Assembly: GCF_032062105.1 (NCBI RefSeq)
Contig: NW_026929552.1
Span: forward strand, 62,001 to 126,000
Length of the DNA: 64,000 bases
Direction of reading: 5' to 3'
Origin: Saccostrea cucullata
Lineage: Eukaryota
Position numbers and translations under genes: made by a program. The notes beneath the pieces are model-generated. The model had not been told where the DNA came from, did no database searches, and saw only the letters and a program-made list of their open reading frames with translations. Every line of letters begins with the position of its first letter. Positions within the stretch are counted from its first letter, which is position 1. Positions 36,050-46,528 of the stretch are shown here, one piece after another.

Positions 36050-36874
36050 CAGAAGTCTTGGGAAAGAGGTCAAATCTTATTTTGTTTCATAAGAGAAACA
36101 CTTCTGCAGGAAAGAAATCGTACTGATTTGATATGTTGCAAAGTAGTTTGATGTTAAATGATACAATGACAGGACTTCAGATTGACACATCACTCTTAAA
36201 AACTGACAAAGACAATTTGTACTCTCCAGGTTTATTTCTCCATGACTTACAGTATATGAATTTGTAAATCAAATGTACTGGTACAATGATTTTTATCAAT
36301 AAAAATGAGAAAAATCAAGATTTCTACACATAGAATAATTTTTTCTTGATTTCAAACATGGAATATAACAAAAATTCTCATCCACTTCTACTGTTATTAA
36401 GAAATCTTTGAATGATAAACAGACTTGCATGAATTTGTCAACAGGTATGTTTTCTCACTATATGATCCTGCACAAGAAATTTTTTAACATTCATCTTACA
36501 ATCAAAGTATCAAAGTATAGCTGCAATAAGGCAAAATAAGTCGAAATTATATATGTAATACAGCCATGACAATTTTTTTTTCATGAAAAAATACCCCCTT
36601 TGTCCCCAAAATACTTTTCCTACAATAAACAATCATAAATCATCTAATTCTCTGGCAAACATATACACATGAAATTGCTAATCCCAATTTCACAAAGGAA
36701 ATTTTGATAACCTGTTAAAAGAAGTATTTTTCTTCATCATTGAAAATATGGAAAGCTTCAACATTTGATAAATTTCAGACATTTTATAGAACACATTTAC
36801 AGAAATTATTCGTTTTAAATCCAGATTTTGTACATCAAAGAATTAACACATGGTCTATGAGGTCTCCTCTTTCT

Positions 36875-39800
36875 CTATTCACTGTCAAACCTTATGGAGT
36901 AGACATTTGTGTCTATAGCTCCTCCTGCATAACTTCCCCTCTTTTTCTTGGTCTTTTCGTGCCTGAATGATTTGCCCTGTGTGAACTTGAGGTCACGGTT
37001 GGCCTTTTCTCCCCAGGACCCAGCCGATCCTTTCTACAAAGTACCAGATTTGTCATCAGTATTACCTATACCTGTAATGTTTTCCATAAAATTCTGACAA
37101 ATCAGTAAAAAGATGGATTCACCAAGATGCCCCTGTGGCCTTGATCTCAAGGACCAACTGAGTATAATGGTATAATGCATTATATTTTAATTCAGACATA
37201 TGGTTACACATCTTAATACATAATAAAAGTACCTTGAGCACACTCACAAAATTACCTTCCTCCCCCCCCCCCTCCAGTTTTTATGATTCCTAAGCACATT
37301 TTTTTCTGTAACTGAACTTGAACTTGTCAAAATTTAATCAGCATGGGTTTTGATTATGCCGTAATGACAAACCGATTACATAATGTCTACCTTACTGAAA
37401 TCAGACTTTTCTTTGCAAGTACAGAGCGTTCACCTTTTTACACTTGTAGACTTCAAGGTACTTTACCTTAGCTTCAAATGAATTGTCTGCCAGCCTGGAG
37501 TCTACTGTTATCTTCTCAGATTGTACTCTCCTGAATGGAGTGTTAGGTGTTTTCTGCTATTTTAAAATAAATGTTATTGATAAATTTCTTACACTTTTTT
37601 TTGTGTATAATTTCTAGATTAGAATTATGTATAAATGAATGTTGCAGATCTTTTTTATGTGTTACATTTAATATGAGGTTCATTTTTTTCTTTATCCTTC
37701 ACAAAGATTACATGGAGTAACTATTCTCTTTATGGATAACAAAGAGGTAGCCAAGAGGCCCATGGTCCACAACACTCAGCTGAGTATTTGTCCCTGCTGT
37801 TATTCATCAGATTGTGGCCCTACCCTACCCCTGGGAGTCATAATTTGAACAATGTATAGACTATAGCAGAATGCTTCCAAATAACTTTCAGCTTTTCTGG
37901 CACAATAATTCTTGAGAAGAAGATTTTAGTTTTTCTTTATATTTCAATGTAAATCTTTGATTCCTGATTGTGGCCCCACCTTACCCCAGGATTCATAATT
38001 TGATCAATTTAGAATCTACACTACCCCAAGGTGCTTCCACATGGGTTTCAGTTTTTCGGTCCCCGTGGTTTTTCTTCATAAGATTTTTTAATGACTGCGC
38101 CATATTATTGTCTTTTCTTGAATATCTCCCCTTGCAAGGGGGCTTGGCCCTTCATTTTTAAATTCCCCTCACCTAAAACTGCTTTGTGCCAACTTTTGGT
38201 TAAAAACTGACCCTGTGATTCTTGGTGAACTTAAAATATACTTAAAAATAAAGTGAATACCTTAGACTTAGCCGAGCCTTTACTGGCTTTCTGGTTGAGG
38301 GAATTGTCAGAATTTTCATCCTGAAAAAAGGAAGGAAAAATATTAAGAATTAACAAGGAATATTGTCTGTGTCTTTAAATGATTATTAGACATAGAAACT
38401 CCTACACTGTTCAATTAGACAGTCTTCTTCTATCATTAATTTCCTTAGCACTTTCTCTGAAATGAATGTCAGTTTTTACGTAATAACACTCAAACAGCGA
38501 TATAATATGCATTCAATGTGGTTAAGACAATATTCTGATAAATTAATAAGACTCTACACATCTGGGCTAATACACACATATAATAACTATTTCATGAAAT
38601 ATCTATATACCTGTAGCTAACATGAAGTTACATTCACTTAACACATTCATATGCAGCTGTTTTATTCGTTGTATAAGAATCCCACAATTAAGACTTTATA
38701 TTTACATCCACTGAATATTATTTCCTTTATTTCTTATGAAGACCATTGCTGTTAATCAGTTCATGAACAACACTAAGCAAGCCACCTGCAGATTTCTTAA
38801 GCAATGACTGTTCTATCAATTATGCATACAATGACATACACATCCATAATACAATATTTTTTACTTAGAATTTTTTTATAAAGATATTAATATAACAATA
38901 AAATGTCTTTTTTTTTTTAGATTAACACACCTGAGTCATTTTGTGAACCAATCACCATATTTGAAGTGAACCTGAGATATTTTCAGAACCAATGTACTCA
39001 CCTTATTTGACGTGAACACCCCAGAATCATTGTCTGAACACACCCCATTAACAGCTCCATTCACCACAGGAGTAGAGGTGGTAGGCCCTTTGACTTTCTG
39101 TTTGTTTCCTGGTGTTTTCTCTTCATCATCACTGGAGTCTGATGAACTAGAGTCACTGCTTGAACTGTCTTTTTTATTTTTATTATTCTTTGAGTCTTTT
39201 GTTCCTTTTTTAACGGGTTCTTTTTTATTAGCACCTGCTTTCAGGGTTGTGGCTTTCTTCACAGTTTCTTCTTCTGAAGAATCTGAAGAGTCACTACTAG
39301 AACTCTCCTGTTTCTTTGTTTTAGGTGTTGTTTTTATCGGACTTTGCTTGGCGGCCACTTTAGGAGTGGCTGACTTATTATCAGGTTCATCATCTGATGA
39401 ATCAGAAGAGTCACTGCTGGAGCTTTCTTTCTTTGCAGGAATTGTTTTCCCTGGAGTCTCTTTTCCTCCTGCTTTAGCAGCAGAAACTTTCTTTGCAGTA
39501 TCTTCCTCAGTGGAATCTGAAGAATCACTGCTAGAACTACTTTCCTCCTTCTTTTTCTGGGCTGCAGTTTTCTTGGCTGGTGTAGATTTAGCCGGTGTTT
39601 TAGGTGTAGCGGCTTTCTTTACTGGCTCTTCATCTGATGAATCTGAAGAATCACTACTTGAGCTGTCTGCCTTCTTCTTTTGTACAGGAGTTGACTTTCC
39701 TTTTGGAGTTGTTTTAGGCACTGTTGCACTTCCTTTTGGAGTTGTCCTCTTTCTTTTTTTAGGCACTGTTAGAAGTTGCTTTTTGCAACTTTCTTTTTTG

Positions 39801-42800
39801 GTTCTTCATCTGATGAATCTGAAGAATCACTGCTTGAACTTTCCTCTTTCTTTTTAGCAGGAGTTGACTTGGCAGGTGTTGCTGGTTTAGAAGTTGCTTT
39901 AGGAGTGGCAACTTTCTTTTTTGGTTCTTCATCAGATGAATCTGAAGAATCACTGCTTGAACTTTCCTCTTTCTTTTTAGCAGGAGTTGACTTGGCAGGT
40001 GTTGCTGGTTTAGAAGTTGCTTTAGGAGTGGCTACTTTCTTTTTTGGTTCTTCATCTGATGAATCTGAAGAATCACTGCTTGAACTTTCCTCTTTCTTTT
40101 TAGCAGGAGTTGACTTGGCAGGTGTTGCTGGTTTAGAAGTTGCTTTAGGAGTGGCTACTTTCTTTTCTGTTCTTCATCTGATGAATCTTACTGAAGCTGT
40201 CCTCTTTCTTTTTAGCAGGAGTTGACTTGGCAGGTGTTACTGGTTTAGAGCTTGCTTTTTGTGTTACTGCTTTCTTTCCAGGCTCTTCATCTGATGAATC
40301 TGAAGAATCACTGCTTGAGCTGTCCTCTTTCTTTTTAGCAGGAGTTGACTTGGCAGGTGTTACTGGTTTAGAGCTTGCTTTTTGTGTTACTGCTTTCTTT
40401 CCAGGCTCTTCATCTGATGAATCTGAAGAATCACTGCTTGAACTTTCCTCCTTCTTTTTAGCAGGAGTTGACTTGGCAGGTGTCCCTTTGGTAGTTACTT
40501 TGGGTGTAACACCTTTCTGTTTCACCTCTTCATCAGAAGAACTGGAAGAATCACTGCTTGAGTCTGCTTTTTTCTTTTTCTGTGTAGGAGTGGGCTGCAA
40601 TGGCTTCTTCTTTGAAACTGTTGTTAAAGCTGCTGATTTTTTTGTTGGCTCTTCTGATGATGAATCAGATGAAACACTGCTTGAACTCTCTGTTTTCTTT
40701 GCCTGGGTTGGATTTGGTTTGGCAGATGAAGCTTTAACACCACCTTTTGGTGTTGTTATCTCTTTTGTAGTTTCATCATCTGATGAGTCTGATGAATCAC
40801 TACTGGAGCTTTCAGCTTTCTTCTTTTTAGGAGCTGCTTTTATGATTGAGTTCTTGCCTGTCTTAGTAACAGAGGCTTTTGATGGTTCCTCATCAGATGA
40901 ATCAGAGGAGTCACTGCTAGAGCTGCTCTGCGTCTTCTTTGCTTCCACTGATTTGGGGGGTCCTTTAGTTGTTACTTTTCCTGGGGTCACTTTCCCTCCT
41001 GCTTTAGCTGCAGTAGCTTTCTTTGCAGGTTCTTCCTCAGAGGAATCTGAAGAATCACTGCTAGAACTACTGTCCTCCTTCTTTTTCTGGGCTGCAGTTT
41101 TCTTGGCTGGTGTAGATTTAGCCGGTGTTTTAGGTGTAGCAGCTTTCTTTACTGGTTCTTCATCTGAGGAATCTGAGGAATCACTACTTGAGCTGTCTGC
41201 CTTCTTCTTTTGTACGGGAGTTGACTTTGCACTTCCTTTTGGAGTTGTTTTAGGCACTACTGCTTTTGATTTTGGTTCTTCATCAGATGAATCTGAAGAA
41301 TCACTACTTGAACTTTCCTCTTTCTTTTTAGCTGGAGTTGAATTGGCAGGTGTTGCAGGTTTAGAAGTTGCTTTAGGAGTGGCTACTTTCTTTTTTGGTT
41401 CTTCATCAGATGAATCTGAAGTATCACTTTTTGCTTGAGTTGAATTGGCAGGTGTTGCTGTGCTTTAGGAGTGGCTACTTTCTTTTTTGGTTCTTCATCA
41501 GATGAATCTGAAGTATCACTGCTTGAGCTGTCCTCTTTCTTTTTAACAGGAGTTGACTTGGCAGGTGTTGCTGGTTTAGAATTTGCTTTTTTTCCAGGCT
41601 TTGATTTCGGTGTAGCAGCATTTTTACTTTTATTCAAAGAGGAAGGTGGGGGAACTGCATTGTAAGATGTATTTTTAGCATTCGCTACTTTCTTTTCATC
41701 CTCTGAATCCGAATCAGAAGAACTATCATCTGACTTTTTAACCATTTTTGGAGCTTTTTTTACGAGGGGTTTCTTGGCCTTGGGTTTATCGTTTTCAGTA
41801 TCTGAACTTTCCGAATCGGAATCGGAATCTGAGGTTCCACTCTGTGCTTTAGCTGGAGTTCCTTTCTTTGCCTGAGGAGTGCCTGGTTTCTTAGCTTGAG
41901 GGGTAATCTTTTTCTTTTTCCCTGGTTTGGCGTCTGAATCTGATGAGTCACTCTCTCTGTCCCTCTTTTGGGTTTGTTTAGGAGTCTCATTTTCAGAGTC
42001 ACTGTATATATTGTAAAGATTATCAGCCACTTATAGACTAAAGAGAATATGTTGCATCAAGTTAAGAATACCTTCTAAGGTTGTCATTGTGGACATACTG
42101 TAAACCAACTTTTATTCGCATGTGAGAAATTTCTGCGAAGTTCCCGAGAGCCTCATCATCGTGAATGTTTCTTGCAGCAAACCTGTCCTTAAAGTGTATG
42201 TGTCTATTAATAAAAGATCCAAGAAGGCTTGATCGCAAAAATTTATCATCGCGAACTCGTTTGTCCCCAGTAAATCGCGAAATAAAGTCATCGCGAATAA
42301 AAGTTGGTTTACAGTATATCAATTTACAAAATGAAAATCTTTTCAATACATTAAAAGATTAAGAACACAATCACTAAAACACTACAGAACTAGTACTGGT
42401 CATTGGTAAATGGTAAGTAATGTGAAACTGTATCATTTTCTGTATTATGTATGTCTAACATACCTTGAGGAGTCACTTGAAGACGAGTTTTGTTTTGACT
42501 TCTTTGAGGCTGGAGAACCATCAGATGAATTCAGTTTTCTTTTGTCACCCAATCTACATGAAAAAACAGATCTTAAGTACCCTTAAACTGATCCCTCTAA
42601 TTGAAAATAACAAACTGCACTATTCCAACAGTTGCCAAGATGATTACTGGTACCAATTCATTACTGTTGGTCACCAATGGTAATAAATTGCTACAAACTG
42701 CAATATGAAAAAGTTAAGTTTTTTACCATTTTTCAGAAAAATTCTGTTTATTGCACTGCTTAAATCTTATGACATAAATTTATATGTTTAACACTCGTGC

Positions 42801-45055
42801 AGTTCAAAATTATTGGTTAACTGGTGTATTCCGATTTTGTTCTTCACAAATACATATCGCTGTATTTTTTTGTGAAAAGGTCTGTTAACGTAATGGGAGA
42901 ATTGCCCATAAAGTTTCATCAAGAAATCCTGCCAGACCATGTCTAAAACACTTGAACAGGTTGGGCACACCCCACCAAATGGTCCTTTATCCCCCGTTCG
43001 GTAAACAATCGGTGTCGAATTTAACTGACCAAGTGGTGGACTTTTTTATTCTATTTCAGCAATTTTCATTAAAATAAAGCAAAAGTCATTTGCATAGGCA
43101 TTGGGGAATTTTAGTGAACATGTTCCTCGCACAATTAACATGAATCGGTGGAATTTCCATGTGCATGCAATTTCTCCGTAACTTCTGTAAAAATGATACC
43201 CATATTTTTCCGTAACAGCCGAACTTCTTGATCAATCGATCCAAAAAAATTATTGTGCTATTTTGGATAAAAATTCAATTTTGTCCAGTGGTTTAACTCT
43301 TGATAAGTTAACTTTCAATCTATATTTAGATTTTTGTAAATATATATCTCCATAAAATCCTGTCAAACACGAGCTCCTCATGCTTTACCGGTATGGTGGG
43401 CAATTACTGCTATAAAGTTATATTTTTCTAGAGTTGAACGAAATATTTGTTGTTATTTTTCTTTTAGGATGAAGTTGCAGATTCCATGCGACCTTTTGTG
43501 GTTTACTATGCATACAACTGATGAGTTTAATTTATTTAATAAATAATTTTCAATAAAAGATTCACAAAGTGACTTTTGCAATTATTCTTGTTTTTGTACC
43601 AAGTACATACTAGTTTTAAAACAATAGTTATATCACAATCCAATTGCATTTATTATTGTTATAGAACAAAGGCATACAAAATAAAATGAAATAAAGGCGA
43701 AAACTTATTTTTCTTTTGATTTCCTAATTGAAAATTAACAAAAATGTGCCTCTGTAGTTAAATCCAACTTTTGATCAGGCTGAAAAAAGATCGTCGTTTT
43801 CACTGGTTTGCACTATTTAAAAGCGAAATAGAAAGTAAAGAACATGATTGCATTATCTGATTGATTGCCCAGTTAATCGAAATAGAAAGTAAAGAACATG
43901 ATTGACAGGTGCAGCATCATTGGAGAAGAAGAGAATTTCCTTTTAAAGTATAAAAACCGAGAGATATTGCACTTGTTTACAAATGAGACGTCTCAGTCAA
44001 ATTTTTGACTGAACGATCTTTCACAAAAAATTGCATGTTGAATTTCCAATTTTTTTCACTCAGAACAACGATAAATATCTATATTTTATTCCACATATCT
44101 TAAAATTATGTGCCATTCCACGCAACTCCATGGAATTGAACACAACCAATTTTCTCCCCCAAATGGTCAGTAAATTTCGCCACCGATAAGGGAGATTGAC
44201 TACCAAACGGGGGATGAATGACCATTTGGTAGGTTGTGCCCAACCTGTTGAAGATCAACGACCCCTACTTACTTTGTAGATAGAATGTTCTATCGTTAAA
44301 ATGATATTGTCCTACGGACCCGGTTTAACGATAGAATTCGTTCCGTGTATTCGTAATGTAGCAGAAAGAAACACGGGCGATAACTCGCATAGTGCATTTA
44401 CTTGGAACAATCTAGAGAGTTCCGAATGTAAACATATCCGGTAATTTGAATCGAGAGAAAAACGTTGAAAAAATTAATTGGATTTTCGTATTTATATGGA
44501 TTATTTTTTGGGATAAAAGGCATAAGCAATCTCAAGAAGGTTTGTTTTGATTATTTTGGTAGTTATTCCCAGTGCAAATCATTTTATATTCTTCAAAATC
44601 GTTTCGGAGCGGATCCGCTCCGATTTGCTACATTACAAGTATATGGGACGTATTCTAACTGTGGTGAGGGCCTGTACCGAGACACAGTTAGATTATTCTA
44701 ACTACTTACTTTGCTGCCGACCACTGTACATATATTTGCTGAAGCTTTGGTGATCCTGCAGGAGGAGGCTTCTGTAAAGAAAGTAAAAATCTGATAATCA
44801 AAGACCCAAAACACACCAATCTTTCTACCAAAAAAATGCACGTGGCTAAATACGTAACACGTGCTTTTGTTTTGGTTAGCTTAAAAACAACACTTGAATG
44901 CGAATACTCCATGTCATTGTATAAAATCATAAATCAAAACATACGGTTTTTAATTTTTTCTTAAATGCTTCAGCGACATCTTGGCAATATTCTTTTAGAA
45001 AGTCATAAACCAAGGGAAGAAGTGTCTTAGGATTGCTTTCACCACCAGTTGCCAT
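36875..45055 (-). CDS. NOLC1: Nucleolar and coiled-body phosphoprotein 1 (Nopp140), 7 exons; large repeat exon frameshifted in this assembly
   Basis: Exons 45055-44945 ([37 protein letters not shown], LisH-like), 44771-44710, 42553-42464, 42001-39002 (alternating [12 protein letters not shown] and K/P/A/T blocks), 38320-38261, 37553-37467 ([25 protein letters not shown]), 37033-36875 ([51 protein letters not shown]40 C-terminal domain). Confidence 0.95.
37752..38225 (-). mobile_element. Diverged inverted copy of the 166-bp-satellite Helentron-like family (NOLC1 intron 5)
   Basis: caagaggcccatggtccacaacactcagctgag is the reverse complement of the 3' end at 34701-34733; ttcagcttttctgg...ttcttgagaagaagatttt is the inverted satellite unit. 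Confidence 0.75.
39780..41580 (-). repeat. Coding 120-bp (40-aa) tandem repeats inside NOLC1 exon 4
   Basis: Near-identical units [41 protein letters not shown] at ~39.8-40.2 kb and ~41.26-41.58 kb, plus a [16 protein letters not shown] variant at 40.2-40.5 kb. Confidence 0.9.
42096..42316. mobile_element. Tc1/mariner-type MITE (TA target) in NOLC1 intron 3
   Basis: TA-CTGTAAACCAACTTTTATTCGC ... GCGAATAAAAGTTGGTTTACAG-TA: perfect 22-bp TIR flanked by TA. Confidence 0.9.
42957..44247. mobile_element. Non-autonomous DNA transposon, CAGG termini, ~54-bp imperfect TIR, 5-bp TSD TTGAA
   Basis: ttgaa|caggttgggcacaccccaccaaatggtcctttatcccccgttcggta ... taccaaacgggggatgaatgaccatttggtaggttgtgcccaacctg|ttgaa. 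Internal direct repeat cgaaatagaaagtaaagaacatgattg x2 (~43824, ~43878). Confidence 0.85.
44277..44704 (+). mobile_element. Non-autonomous DNA transposon, TAG...CTA termini, 9-bp TSD CTTACTTTG, copy 2
   Basis: Flanks cttactttg at 44268-44276 and 44705-44713; imperfect TIR tagatagaatgttcta / tagttagaataatcta; same family as 6159-6603. Confidence 0.85.
44839..44863. promoter_or_regulatory. Tandem canonical E-boxes in NOLC1 intron 1
   Basis: CACGTG at 44839-44844 and 44858-44863, about 200 bp into the gene from the ATG. Confidence 0.55.
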
Positions 45056-45879
45056 TTTGCAAGCGTTCAAAGGACAGAGGATTCAGAGTAGCGTGCACGC
45101 TTTATTTCGACTGTGTCGATTTACCCATAGGACCAAAACGAACCCCGAACATTCTTAAAAGGCCCTAAACTTGCTAAAAGACAGTTTGAAAGAACATAAA
45201 ATAAAAATATAGTAAATTATGACTGATTGGGGTTACAATTATTTCAAATTATGGTTTTATATCTATTTATTGAGATTTACTCCCTAGTGGACAGGTTTTC
45301 GCCTACATCGCGGCCTGCCAAACTTTAAAGAGAATACATATAATTCATTCCCGAACCCCTCCTTTCTATAAACTCTATCTCTCATCTGTAATGATAGTCG
45401 CCAGATCCATTGTTGCAAAATATTCCAAAACACTACATGACCTACAAAACACCGATTAATTAATAGGTATAGGGAAAAATTATTTTTAATAATTTAATAA
45501 CAAGTGTACCTGATTTTTAAATGCAAAGGATCAAACTTCTTTTAAATAATTAAATGCAAAAGATTAAACTGTGCGATCCCATTCGATAGATAGTCGAATA
45601 GTCGAAAACTTCTGTTTTATATTTTGATCGTATTTAATTGGAACAAAGGTGGATTATGCGTTATGATGTCTTCGATATAAAAAGGGAAATGTCGAAGTTT
45701 CGAAAATAATAAGTACATACCTTTAATGAAGGTCATATTATAGGACATCTAATAATTAGTAATTAGTAATTAGATATCTGTCCTGTAAGAAATACTCTGA
45801 AATTAATTCAAAGCAGTTGATAGAGGATTACCAGAGAAATTTTCAAAAATATAATTACTCGAACAGTAATTTATGAATG

Positions 45880-46425
45880 AACAAGATGTGTTCGTGAAAC
45901 ACTTTGCGCCCGGCGGCAACAAAGCAAAAAACTATTTTTAGCATATAGGCCACAGTCAAGGTCACAAGGTCATTGAATTAATGCTATTTGAAAGAACTTT
46001 AGTATAGGAGTATACATACCTTTATGAAGTCTATATCTCCTATGGTTCAAATTTTATGGCAAAAGTTCGAAAATAGCTATTTTTAGCATTAAGGTCACAG
46101 TCAAGGTCACAAGGTCAATGACTTTGGTGTCATTTTGTATGAGCTTTATTAGTGAAGTATGCATACCAAATATGAAGTCTTATATGATTCGAAAGTTATG
46201 GCAAAAGTTTGTAAAAGCTATTTTTAGCACGTAGGTCAAAGTCAAGGTCACAAGGTCATTGACCTTGGTGTCTTTTGAAAGAACTTTATTAGTGGAATAT
46301 GCATATTAAATATGAAGTCTCTATATCTCAAGGTTCAAAAGTTATGGCGAAGGTTAAAGTTTTCAGCAGACAAACAGACATGCAAACAATATACGCCTCG
46401 GATCTATCGATTCGGGCGCATAAAA
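45880..46425 (-). mobile_element. Helentron/HINE-like element with ~143-bp tandem units
   Basis: Begins aacaagatgtgttcgtgaaacac (hairpin, inverted 3' end); three units marked by caaggtcacaaggtca (~45957, 46102, 46243); (AGAC)-type microsatellite and A-run at the other end. Confidence 0.8.
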
Positions 46426-46528
46426 ATGTAATGAGGTTTATGAGGAAAAGCATATTTTTGGGAAAAAAATGAATACTATGAATATCAAAAAATGCTATGG
46501 TGGAAAGAAGTATATATAATTAATAAAG

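Noticed and set aside
35300-36870. Alternative RGG-rich terminal exon like the Drosophila Nopp140-RGG isoform
   Set aside because: No Gly/Arg-coding tract on the minus strand downstream of the SRP40 exon.
37070-37175. Possible H/ACA snoRNA in NOLC1 intron 6 (minus strand: two small hairpins then ACA)
   Set aside because: No ANANNA H box between the hairpins and no recognisable guide; no C/D box pair found in the other NOLC1 introns I scanned by eye. A snoRNA search tool could still overturn this.
39012-41665. Long plus-strand ORFs (281, 149, 403, 64 aa) rich in S/E/L/F/G
   Set aside because: Antisense shadows of the low-complexity NOLC1 repeat exon; they break at the same indels and have no independent gene signals.
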